Assembly: GCA_013265495.1 (NCBI GenBank)
Contig: MU058836.1
Location: 496,001 to 560,000 of the forward strand
DNA: 64,000 nucleotides
Source: Vicugna vicugna
Taxonomy: Eukaryota
Direction of reading: 5' to 3'
Positions 35,831 through 47,779 of this stretch are shown one piece after another. The first letter of the stretch is position 1; each line of letters starts with the position of its first letter. The notes beneath the pieces are model-generated. The model saw only the letters and a program-made list of their open reading frames with translations, was not told the DNA's origin and did not search any database. Made by a program: the position numbers and the translations under genes.

Positions 35831-37579
35831 ACCCAGCACAAAGGAGATTCTCAAAAATAAAAGCTTGGATGAATCAAGTTTCTCCTGAGATCTTCCACTT
35901 TGGGGTTTGTGGGAAATCTCATTTTCCATGGAGCCTGCGTGGGGTGGAAACAGGCCCTTGCCTTTCTCTCTGGGCTCCCTGTTAAGGGTTGATCTGCGCT
36001 GAGATCAGGCGTGAACTCCTGACCCTGCTCCTTCTGGAACGCCGGGCTGGAGGCTCTCAGGGAGAGGCAGGACGTGACGGGGGCGCGGGCCGCAGCCCCA
36101 GACGGGCGCAGCAGATGGAGCCGGGGACAGCGTGGTGAGGAAAGCACGGAATCCTGGCAGGAGAGGGGAAAGGTGTGTGCCAGGGCCCCTGGGCGGGCTG
36201 GCAGAGGAGGACGGGCTTCTTGTTAAGTTAATTGAGGTAATTTTTGCTGCCACCTTTTGGATAGTAACAAAACTCTCCTCTACCAGCTCCCGATCATACC
36301 TCTGACTCCTGCCACGTTCCATTGTACAGAGACAGTGCTCTATATTTAGCTCCATTTATTTAGCTACTCCTTAAAATTTTGTCACAATAAAAAAATAATT
36401 ATAGGATTTCTCTGACAGACTGTAATACATGGAATGCACCAAATTACAGGTATAATTTGGAGACCCAACTGGGATCACCAAATAATATTGACAGCAGTGG
36501 CCTGATTCCAGAGTCGTCCACGTGGCGGCTGGAGAGATTTTGTTCCTTAGGTCCCTCTCCTTAATCTGCATTTGGAGCCAAAAAAAAAAAAAAAAGTCAA
36601 AGGAACCAGAAGAAATTAAAAGAAGTGGTCCACAGGCCAAGGTATGGATGGACCCTGGGGAAGTCCAGCCTTCCTCCAGCTTGGCAGAGCTGGGAAGACC
36701 ACTGGGCCCCCAGAACGTCAGATATGCTCTCTCCGTGAGAGCAAAGGAAGTTAGGCTGAACGCTCTCTGCCTTTCCACCCCGCCAAGAGCCTGACCTACG
36801 TGACCTCTAGGAGAGAAGTGCTTTCTTTCTTCCCTTAAAAAAAGGAAAAAAATTCTTTTGGATTTCCTGTGACTAAAAGCTGCAGAAACCAAAATCAATC
36901 TCCCAGGAGGAAAAGAATGGATCCCTGTGGGAAGTAAAGACCCCACTTGGCAGAGCCCTGGTGGACATAAATCCACCGGGAGACGAATAATTCTGTTTCC
37001 GATTCATTCCACAAAATGGTACTGTGTTCCGACTTTGGCACAGTCCCTGGGGAATCAGAGGAACAAGGGAAATCCATTCAGCCTAAAACCTTCAGAGATG
37101 CCACAGAAGAAGAGCCCGGGAGGGGCAGAGGGAACCCAGGGAGTGATGCTGACGAGAGTGGTGGGGCCCAGAGGCAGGGAATTGGGGAGGAGGATGGTGG
37201 CGCCCTGCTGGTGATCAGTGACGTCGGTGGACATCCCCCCTAAATCAGACTTTTCCTCGCAGATGATTCTTCATGGCTTTCTAGGAGGAGTAAAGGGCTC
37301 TCTGGCCACATACATTTCCCTAGGGTGCTGGGTAGAGTCTAGGGTCCAGGGCTGTTACTAACCCTTCCAAGCTTAAGCCTGCCACCCCTGGTGGCTCGGA
37401 GCACCTGCAGCATTAAGACAGCCAGCTGGTCCATTTGGAAGAGGTCGTCTTGGCTTTTCGCTCTGTGTTTGTCAGGGCAGGGAAGTGACTTGTCTCAGGT
37501 CACAGAGCAAGGCAGTGGCCACGCCATGACAAGGAGCCAGCTCTCCGTGTCTCAGTCCAGGGCTAAAGCAAGACCTGGG

Positions 37580-37790
37580 CTAGTTTAGTGGGAAGAGCAC
37601 TGGCTTTGGAGCCAGATATTCTTAGATTAGAATCCAGGCCCTGCCACACCAGCTGTCTCAAAGCCACTGTTTCTTCATCTGTAAGGTGGGCGTGGTCATC
37701 CCTGCTGGCCCTGTGAGCTTATCAGGATCAAGTGAGCCAGCCTGAGGGAAAGTGCTCTGTAAACTGTAAAGCACTGAGCAAATACTGCTC
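37580..37790 (+). mobile_element. MIR SINE
   Basis: gtgggaagagcactggctttggagccaga...tgtttcttcatctgtaagg...aaagtgctctgtaaactgtaaagc. Confidence 0.75.
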
Positions 37791-39049
37791 ATTGTCATAT
37801 TTCCTCACATGACTCAGGCCTCAAAGGGGCCCATCCTGCCCACTCCAGCCCTAAACAGAACAGCGTGATATGGACAGGAATGGTGGCTGGGTGACTGTGT
37901 CCCTGTACCTTCCCGCCAGCCATCCCTCCCTCTTCCCCTTCGTCTCCCCACAACTGGGCCTGGGTAGAGGGAGCAGCAAAGCCGTCCACCTTCTCCGTGG
38001 CTCCAGGGCCCTGTCTGGGCAAAAATCTTGGTCATTGGATCAGTTCTTTCCTGCCGGCATGAACATCTCAACTGTCACCTCTCCTCCTTCCCGAGGGTTT
38101 AGGACATGCAGAGGATCCTGCCCCTGGACTGTCTGTCTCCCATGAAATCAGACGTTACTTTGTGTCCTGAAAGGGACACCAGCACCCCCAGACCCTTGGA
38201 GGGCCGGGACTGGGATGGCTGCTACTTGGCGACTGGCCCCCAGATCTCCCCAGCAGGGGCCACTGCTTCCGCAGAGCCTGCGCCCAGAACCACCAGCCCC
38301 ACTTTGAGGGGGGAGGGAGAGGGGAGGCTGCAGGAATCCAGGACCCTACATGATCACAAACTTGCTAGTGCCGAGGGAGCAGAGGGGACCGTCCTTCTAA
38401 CCAGTGGCCACCTCTGAGTGCAATGTCCAGCACTAACTTAGGCACAAAACGAGTACTCACTGAGCCCTGACCTGCCTGCGTCAGGGGCTCCCCCAGGCAC
38501 AGCCACCCTGGTCCTCCGACGCCCGATGGGGAAGAAACTACTGCTCCTGTTTTACAAATGAGGAAATGAGAGTCCAGAAAGTTTGTGCAATCTGCCCTAG
38601 GTCAGGCAGCCAACAGCAACATTAATATTAGCAACAATGAGTGCTTTTAACAAGCCCAACATTTTTGGTGTGCTTTCTCACCGGGACCCCACAATAGCCC
38701 GAGGGTGGTGATCAGCTCCCTGGCTTACAGATGAGAAGGCTGGAACGGAAGCCGTCAAGGCCTTGCCCGGTCACACAGCTGGAGAGTGGCAGAGCTACAA
38801 TCAAATCCAGATTCACTCGCGGTCTCCTGCGCACATGGGCTGCCGCTGGATTTAGACCCACAGCTCTGGATGCTAAGCCCCATGCACATGCCTCCAGCTG
38901 TTCGGAGCTCTCTCTGCAGAATCACCAACGGAGCTTTTTCCAACTGGGTTCTCAGGCTCCAGCCCGGCAGATTCGGGCTCAGCAGATCTGCGCAGCGGCC
39001 ATGGCTGTGTTTACAGATGCACCCAGGTGCTCCCAGTTCTCCCACCACT

Positions 39050-40370
39050 GCCTCCTGAATCATCAACATCTCTAACAGGAGAACCTGCCAGCCTCCCTCT
39101 TCCATCCTCAACTTCTGTCTTCACCTCCACCGCTGACAGCCTGTCTTCACTGTAAATACAGGGGCCATTTTTGGTGCTCACCTCCATCCACCTCTCAGGA
39201 ACAGCCAGCACCAGTGACTACTCCTCCTTCCTGAAACTCTCTCCATAGCATCCCTTTTCTTGTGGGTTTCCTCCCACACTCTGGCCTCTCCCCCTTGGCC
39301 TCGCATCAACTTCTTGGTCTCCTATCCCTTTAATCTCACTGTTCCTGGAACTCTGCACTCAGCTGTCTTCTTTTGACCTTAACCTTGCCTTGAGCAACCT
39401 TATCCACCCCATGGCCTCAGTTACCACTGGTGTGTGGATGACGCATGTCACCTGCCTGGAGCTCCCCTAGGCACCAAGGGGTGGAGGCTAAAATGCCTCT
39501 TGATGGCATCCATCTGGCTAGCTGTCCCTCCACAAACAAAGTGGCATGTCTGTGATGGAACATGCCATCTTCACCTGCTCCTCCTGGTGCCTCATCTCTG
39601 CAAGGGACCATTCACGGGTCACTAAAGGCATGAAACAGCTGCTGTGTAGGGTGGGGATACATTCCCCAACTCCCTCTGTGTCCTGTTGTTACCAAGTTCT
39701 AGAGATTTCTAGCTTCTAAGTCTCTCAGGAGCACCCCAGCTCTCCATCTGCATGGCCACCATCCCAGTTTTTCCTGTCTCCAGAGCTCTGCTGCACGACT
39801 CTGGTGTCTTACTGGCCAGGCTCTCACCCACACAACCCACCCTCCACCCAAAAGCCAATCAATCAGGCCATGCCACTTCCCTTCTAAATCCCATTAAGTA
39901 TTTCCCTCTGACCTTCAGCACAAAATCCAAGCCTTTTATCTCCCTCCCAAAGCACTTCCTGAGGGGCCAGACTTTCTAGACACATCTGCTAAAACTCCCT
40001 AGCAAACAGCCCATCTCTGCTCCAGGCACTTAGACCCGCACACCGTGCTGGGAAAGCTTCCTGGTATTTCAATATCTCTGCACATGCTGCTCCCTCCGGC
40101 AGGATTACCTCCTTCCCTATGTTTATCCTTCAAGGATCCCTAAGGAGGCACCGCCTCTAGAAGCCCCCTCTGACCACCGGCCTTAGGTAGGTGCCCCCCG
40201 TCACCTGACTCAGCAGCTCCTGCTAACCTCCTTCCCAGCACTTAGCACCAACCCTGAACTATCACCGCCTGTCCGCCTCTCCCACTGGACCACACGCAGC
40301 CTCCTGTCTCCTTCAGCTTCCACTCTCCAGGGCCCAGGATGATGCCAGTGGCACTTAATAAATGTCTGTC
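39050..40370 (+). mobile_element. L2 LINE fragments
   Basis: actcctccttcctgaaactctct...atccaccccatggcctcagttaccact...ggcacttaataaatgtctg. Confidence 0.65.
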
Positions 40371-40399
40371 AACTGATATAATCCAAATAATAACCTGCA

Positions 40400-40600
40400 C
40401 CAAACATTTATTGAGGACTTAGACTGCCAGGCACCATGCTAGGCACACGCTGTGTGTCATTTAACTCATACAACAACCCTTGATGGTAACTAATTCTTAT
40501 TCCCATTTTACAGGCAAGAAAACTGAGGCACGGGGATGTTAAGTAATTTGTCCAGGGTCACATGTTTAGTCAGTGACAGAGTGGACACCAGAGCCCACAG
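40400..40600 (-). mobile_element. MIR SINE
   Basis: cccattttacaggcaagaaaactgaggcacggggatgttaagtaatttgtccagggtcaca. Confidence 0.8.
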
Positions 40601-40800
40601 CCTCATGAATAAATGAGTAAATGAATGAGAAACGGTGACTCAGGAGGCAGAGTGACTAGAACTTCTGCCTAGAATTTAGAGGGGACCACATTCCAGTGGT
40701 AATAGTAACCATGTGATCCTGAGTAAAAGTCACTGGGAAATGAACTCTGAATTCACCATGGGAAAGGGAAGACCATTAGCTCTTTAAAACTAACCAGCCA

Positions 40801-41096
40801 GACTCACAGATATAGAAAACACACTTACGGTTACCAAGGGGGAAAGGGGAAGGAGTGGAGGGATAAACTGGGAGTTTGAGCGTAGCAGATACTAACTACT
40901 GTATATAAAATAGATAAACAACAAGGTCCTACTGCATAGCCCAGGGAACTATATTCAATACTCTGTAATGGCCTATAATGAAAAAGAATATGAAAAGGAA
41001 CGTATATAACTGAATCACTAGGCTGTGCACCAGAAATTAACACGACATTATAACCGACTATACTTCAATAAAAAATTTTTTTAATTAAAAAAAATA
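40801..41096 (+). mobile_element. 5'-truncated L1 3' end with perfect 16-bp TSD
   Basis: gactcacagatatagaaaac...ggttaccaaggggg...tatacttcaataaaaaa; TSD taaaactaaccagcca at 40785-40800 and 41097-41112. Confidence 0.9.
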
Positions 41097-42579
41097 TAAA
41101 ACTAACCAGCCATCCCACAACTCTGAGGGCCTGAAGTAACCACATTCATAAGAAACATGAGGGGAGAAAGGTTTTCCTCATTAGTCTCCCCGCTGGCCAG
41201 CCCAACCCTCCGTCCTGTTCAGGCTCCCAGTCCACTGAGCAATCTCTAGCATCACGTTGCTTCCCTGGCAGCTGGAAGAACCACAAACCCCATCGCTCCT
41301 TTCCATCACCCCCAATTCCAGGCTATGCCAGGCACACACGAGGGCAGAGAATGCTTTGAAATCTGTATGCGGGAGAGGCTGGGAAGGTTGAAGAAAGCAA
41401 TTTTTGTTTCACATCTTTCCTTTGTATAATGTTGTATCCTCTGACAAGTCCGCATAATACAGCTGAACTTCACCAATTGCTGCCTTAAGAGAAAACAGTG
41501 AAGACCTATCTTTAATGTCAAATGAACAATGGGCAACCTTCCAGAGGAGGAAAATGACTCGCTTTGAAAGAGCTGGCGAAGAAAAGTGCAAAATGTTCCA
41601 GCTTAACGTGGGGCGGGGGGAGAAAGTCAGCAGCTGTGTGTCGGCACGTCAGCTCCCGGCTGTAAGACCCGGGCGGCCTCCGCCAGCCTCCTCTGGTGGC
41701 CGGGCCCACGGGCTGAGGAGGAAGCCTCCCGGCTTGAGTGGGGACCGACAGCGAGTGTCTATTCCTTGGGAAGGCTGAGCCAGCTCCCTTCAGCCCAGGG
41801 GCGTCTGTGGGTAGATGTATACATGGATGTAGGGCTCTCCCTTCAAAGACAAGGAACCCCTGAAAGTGTGTGTGGGAACCTCAGCCCCTGGTTCTCCATC
41901 TTCTGCCAGAGCTTTCTGTCTGCCGCCCATCCTCTGCACAAGTGGCCACTCTCTACTAGACATTGAGATCGAGGTAGATTCTGACCAAACTTGCCACCGA
42001 GCCTGGGTGGACTAAACACTCTTTAAATGATTGTAACCCTTTAGGCTTTTTCTGTGAGATGGGAAGCATACTGGGCTGCCTCTCCAGATTCAGATTTCAT
42101 CCCTGCCACCTTATTTCTGATACTTCAGCCACATCAGGCTTCCTGTAATGTCCTGGTTGTGCAATTTCATGTGGTCCTGTTCTCAACCCCAGTGCCTTTG
42201 CACATGCTGTTCCCTCTGTCTGAAACACCTCCTGGAAAGTCCTTGAAGGCTTAGAGCAAATATTTCCTCCTTCTGGAGTCCCATCTGATCTCCCCAGTGA
42301 GTTGGCCACTCCTCTCCTTTGAGCCACAGGCTACCTCTATCATAGCAGACATTACCCTTTATGAAACTTATCAATTGACATGATGTCTCCTCCCTTAGGT
42401 GATGACTGTTTCAGGAGAAGGGGCTTTGTCTTATTCATATATACATGCACATATCCATATACACACACATATATGAATTCACATATACATTCAATCCATG
42501 CCCTGGTCCTAGCTCAAGGCCTGGCATATATATAGTATGTGCTCAATAAACGCTTATTAGATTAGAAGGTCTGAAACTC

Positions 42580-42750
42580 AGCTTCTCAGTCCTGGCTGCA
42601 AATTAGGATGACCTGAGGAGTTCAAAACAAAACAAAATAATGACAGCACCCGTATCACCTTGGGACTCCAGACCAACCGAGGCAGAGACTCTGGGGGTGG
42701 GGTTCAGCCATTTGGGCTTTTATGGGCCCTCTAGGTGAATCCAATCTAAG
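42580..42750. mobile_element. MER5-family DNA transposon fragment
   Basis: ttctcagtcctggctgcaaattaggatgacctgaggag...gactctgggggtgggg...ctaggtgaatccaat. Confidence 0.6.
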
Positions 42751-43944
42751 TTTCCTGTGTCTAGAAACGTAGGGCTGAATGACATATTTAATCCCCCTCC
42801 TCCTACCAAACACATGATAGATGGTGGTGACGATGGTGATGAAAGAAAAGGCTAGCTACGATGAAAAGCTCCATCTTAGAGGAAGAGAGGAGGGGAGACA
42901 GCATCTTGTGATCACGAGGTGTGGCATTTACACTAACGTGCGTACAGGTGGGGGTAACAGCACAGCGGACAGAGACAACCAGGACGCCTTTGCCCTGTGA
43001 CCCAGGGGGTGCCTTGGCCGGCCAGTCTGGCCTCGCCTGCTTCTCCCTGGAACTCCCTTGCCTGCTGATCCTGTGGCCATAGCTAAGAGGGCTGCTGGGC
43101 GGCTTTCCCTTCTCAGGGCTGCTCACTTCCTCCTAGTGACTTCATGGAGCTGAAGCTGCCCTAGGAGTTGATCACTCTGTTACAGATTATTATTGGTCAG
43201 GCTTTGCGTTTCTCAGGCATTACGATGTCCTAAAACCTTAGTAAGCCCCTGGTTGATTTGCATCCAGCCAAACCTAAAGTCAGAGTTATGGATCCTTGAA
43301 TCCAGACCACTGTCTGAAGGTTCCTGTCCCTTAGCAGCAGGCGTTCCTGTCCTATCCACCGTGCTGAGGATACACTGGGGTGGAGGAGCGGGGAGGGGCA
43401 AGGCTAAAATTCATTTTGCTTCCTGGCTACATCCCAGAGGGCAGCTTTTTTATACTGTGGAAGAAAGGAGATGGTGGAAAGTGTTGGGATGTCATGCCAC
43501 CTCTAGGTTCCAATCTTTTCTCCCTCTGTGTTTTCTTTTCAGCCTCCCTTCACTGCACTTATGCTAAATTTACCTTGGGATAGAGAACTCAGCTTTTCCA
43601 ACTCTCAGCCCCCCTGGACAGCTGATGGAGATAGGGTGGGCTCTGTCTCCTTCCAACTCAGCTTGCTTCATCCTTATAGGACAGTACTGAAGGCCTTATG
43701 AAGTAGCCAATCCTCTCCAATATAATTCTAGTTTCTATCCCTAGAGCATAGTTTGAGTCTCAAGATAGCACATGTGACAGTTCAGCCCAGCTGCTATGTA
43801 AGACAGCGCTGGGATTTCCAACTTCCCAGCCAAGAACAGAGGAATTCTTGGTGCTCTGTACCCCACTATGATTCAGCCAGTTCTACTTCTTAGGCTGTTG
43901 CTTAGAAAATCCCACTTCCAGAAGCCAATGTTGTTATTATTTAG

Positions 43945-44470
43945 CACCTACTTCATTGTAAGGGAAAGAAACCCACCTTCAGATGGCTAAAGCAAAAAGG
44001 AGAACATATTGACTCACCTGAATGGGCAGTCCAAATTTTCTGCTCTCTTTAGATGTGGCTGGATCTGAGGCAGGAAATTACGCCATCAACCTACTATTTC
44101 TTGTGCTCTCAAAACTGCAGCTGTTCCCTTTGCACTGATGTCACTCTCTACCAGTAGCCCAAACCAAAACAAAGCACCACTTTTCTAGTCATTCCAGGAG
44201 AAGTTCCATTGCTGGCTTCCATTAGCCTAAGGTGGGTCACGTGCCCATCCCTAACCCATCACTGTGGCTAGAGAGGACATCATACAATGATTGACTATGT
44301 GCCCAAAGAACTGACTTTGGAGCCAAGTCCGAAGTCCAATGATTGACTATGGAGCCAAGAAGTGACAATCAGTCCAACCTGAAACACACTGTCTGAGCCT
44401 GGAAAGATGTTTGCCCAAGAGAAAAGAGTGGTTCTGTTAGCAGAAGAGATGGTGGGTGGGCAAACCACAG
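43945..44470 (-). mobile_element. Old MLT1 (K/L-like) LTR
   Basis: ggctaaagcaaaaaggagaacatattgactcac...ccattagcctaaggtgggtcacgtgcccatccctaacccatcactgtggctag. Confidence 0.65.
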
Positions 44471-45324
44471 AAGATCACTTTAAGGACCATGACTGTTTGT
44501 GCTGGCTCTTGTGTCCCTAGAGCTCAGGACAATGCCCGCCACATAAGGCATGCTCTATCAATATCTGTTGAATGAGTAAACAAATAAATGATGAATTCAG
44601 AGACTATCTCTACATTCCAATCACTCTGTGGGGAAGCCCAATGGGAGATGAGCTCTTCAAAAGCTCCCATGAGCCATATAGTAGAAAGCCTGATTTTAAT
44701 GACCTCTGGATTTGCCTAATTGGAGAAATAATCCTCTTCTCCGACCAGGGAGCCTTCTTCCCAACACTGTCACCAGAAGGGAAATCTGGCAGCGTGTCCC
44801 CAGATTTAAAAATACAACAGAAAATTCTCTGAAGCAGCCAAGTTATATATTCATTCTTTCTTTAAGTCATTCATTCCACAAACATTTACCAAGCACCTCT
44901 TACATGTTAGATACCATGCTAGGTACTAGGATATAGGCATAAAAGATCACTAAGCTCTTACTTAAAGAAGTTCAAGCCTAATGGAGAGAGCAGAAAGTCA
45001 TCAAAATAGCTGAGACAGCTTACGGAGGAAAAGATGATGGGCCTTGGAGTCTGACCTGGCTCCACCACTGAATTCTGGTGCACCACTTAATTACCTACCA
45101 TATAACATCGAGGGAGTTATCACCCTCCTCAAGCTTCTTTTATTGTTATCAGTAAAATTAGTTATAATCACATCACTAACCTCATAGAGGTGTCATGTGA
45201 ATTAAATGATAATATGTATGCACAGCACATGGCAAGAGCCTGGTAGAAATGGCAGCTCTTCAACTGGAGGCCACTGAAGATTAGAGGAAAGAGAAATTCA
45301 CTCTGGAAATCAAAGCGGGTCTGG

Positions 45325-45860
45325 TGACAGATGATTGGACAAAGAAGATGTGAAATATATATATACACACACACACACACACATATATAATTTATGTGTA
45401 TAAATATTATATATATATTACTCAGCCATAAAAAAGAATGAAATAACACCATTTGCAGCAACGTGGATGGACCTAGAGATTAGTATACTAAGTGAAGTCA
45501 GACAGAGAAAGACAAATACCATATGATATTACTCATATGTGGAATCTAAAAAATGATACAAATGAACTTATTTACAGAACAGATTCACAGACAAAGAAAA
45601 CAAACTTATGGTTACCAAAGGGAATGGTGGGGAGGGATAAATTAGGAGTTTGGGATTCGCAGATACAAACTAACATATACAAACATGGATGAACAACCAA
45701 GTTCCACTATATAGCACAAGGAACTGTGTTCAATACCTTGCATTAACCAAAATAAAAAAAGAATATGAAAAATAGATATATATAACCAAACTATTATGCT
45801 GTATACCAGAAACTAACACAATATCGTAAACCAACATACTTCAATAAAATAAAATAAAAA
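45325..45860 (+). mobile_element. L1 3' end (end of ORF2 plus 3'UTR) with internal (CA)/(TA) microsatellite
   Basis: tactcagccataaaaaagaatgaaataacaccatttgcagcaacgtggatggacctagag...atgtggaatctaaaaaatgatacaaatgaacttatt. Confidence 0.9.
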
Positions 45861-47407
45861 GAAGATCTGATTGAAGAGGCAAGATTTGAGCTGGTTCTTA
45901 AGGATAAGCAGGAGATCACAAAGTAGAGGTTCTAAGGGGCACGTATTCTGGCAGAGTGAATAGTTTACGCCACGCTTTGAAAACCCAGAGAAAACTGGTT
46001 CATTTACAGAGCAGCAGGTATGTCCAGATGCCTGCTGGTGGGATGGTGATGGGAGTGGAAAGGTATGAAATGCCAGCATCCGGGGACTCCTCTGTCCGAT
46101 GGGGGAGCAGGGCACCGGGGAGTCCCTGCCCAGGAACCACACATCATCGGCGCCCCTAATTGGCCAGCCATTATCTCCCCCGTACACACATTAAGAGGGT
46201 GTCTTTAAGATGGACGGAGAAGTTGAGGGTCCATTTACAGTTCTTTCAAGTGACTCACAATAAATCACAGTATTTATTATTCAGAATCTGGCTCGAATGA
46301 AGCAGAGATTGTAAGTTGGTGGTGGCGGGTGAGGGGAGTGGCTCGACTCCTAGGGGAAAGGTTGGGGGATTTAATGAGATAACACGCATAAAGCACACTG
46401 ATCTCCTAGAGGTGATGCGCTGCAGCTCCCACTCAGGGGCTGAGAGAGCCGGGGAGATAATGTTTCTCCGTGGAAATGCTAGACTGCAGGAGCGCTGGAC
46501 AGACGGAGCGGGGAAAGACTTGCTTCCTGAGCAGTTTCCCTCCTCAGCATCCCTGCTATAACTATCACTACAGCAGAAACAAAGAAATGCCAGTTTTCCA
46601 CTTAGGGGAGTGAGGTCCAGACACTCAGGCCTATGTGGAGCCAGGGAAGAACTCGCCCTTCCCACCGTGAGCCACGTCGCGGGCCCACATCACCAGGCTG
46701 CCCGGGCTCGGGGGCCTGACACGCAGCCTTGCTCCTGAATCTTTCTTTCTTACCAGCTCTTGCCCCGTTTCCCAGCCTACTTCAGACGGCCAGCTGTGAT
46801 CAAGGGAAAGAGGGCCAGGATCCAGGATTCCAAATTTCTGAGTAGCTGCTGAATGATGTCACAGGTCCCTCATGGGCGCAGAACATAAAAAGAACGTCCA
46901 CACTTTGCAATCACCAGGATGGGGTGGGGGGAGGGCTGGGTTACCCTGTGAGAGGCGAGGTCATTACTCACTCCTCTCACCCTGCTCGGTGCCTCCTTTT
47001 CTCGGGACCATTCCCTCATCCCGACCCAGCATTACGCACAGACGGGAGAAGCCCCAGTCCCACGAGTGAAGTATTCTGGAGAGGCATCCAAGAGGATGAA
47101 ACAGTAAAGGAAAGGATACACAAAGAAGAGAGAACTTCAGTTCTCTTCAGCTGCTCACCCAATGCCTGCCCCTCTTCTCCGTGACCCACTTTTATGTCCC
47201 TGATGACTCTTTTTGAACATGATCCATTTTAGAATTCCTTTTCCTTACACATTTACATTAGTTAGGATGGAGCTAACGGCTGTAACCAACGGACTCTGAA
47301 ATTTCAAAGGCTGAAATTTGTAAAAAGCTTTTTTAAAAAAAATTCATGGTCAATGTGCGTTTTCCTTCAGTTGTGGGACGTGGGGCAGGGGGCATGGGGA
47401 GAGAGCA

Positions 47408-47779
47408 CTGTGGATTCCATGTTTGTGTGCCCTCCCCACCCCCACCATTCATACACTGAAGCTCTGATCCCCAGTGTGATGGTGGTACTGTGACGCGGGC
47501 CTTTGGGAGGCAATTAGGTCCCGAGGGTGGAGCCCTCAAGAATGGGATCAATGCCCTCAGAAAAGACACACAAGAGAGATGCTCTCTCTCCACCACATGA
47601 GGACACAGCATGAGGGCATCAGTCTGCAAACCAGGAAGAGTTTTCTCACCAGGAACTGAACCAGCCAGCACCTTGATCATGGACTTCCTCCCATCCAGAA
47701 CCATAAGAAATGAATTTCTGTTGTTTAAGCCACCTGGTCTAGGGTACTTTTGTTACAGCTGCCCAAGCTGACTGAGACA
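47408..47779 (+). mobile_element. MLT1A-like solo LTR nested in an older MLT1 element (~47255-48030)
   Basis: gggcctttgggaggcaattaggt...gagggtggagccctc...ccagcaccttgatcatggacttcc...ttctgttgtttaagccacc...gactgagaca. Confidence 0.85.

Noticed and set aside
36371..36976. 201-aa minus-strand ORF
   Set aside because: It crosses a homopolymer tract (FFFFF) and has no domain or exon structure.
37196..46160. CTCF-like motifs at ~37197 (tggcgccctgctgg), ~41688 (ctcctctggtggcc) and ~46149 (ggcgcccctaattggcca)
   Set aside because: Each mismatches conserved core positions; they cannot be supported without PWM scoring or ChIP data.
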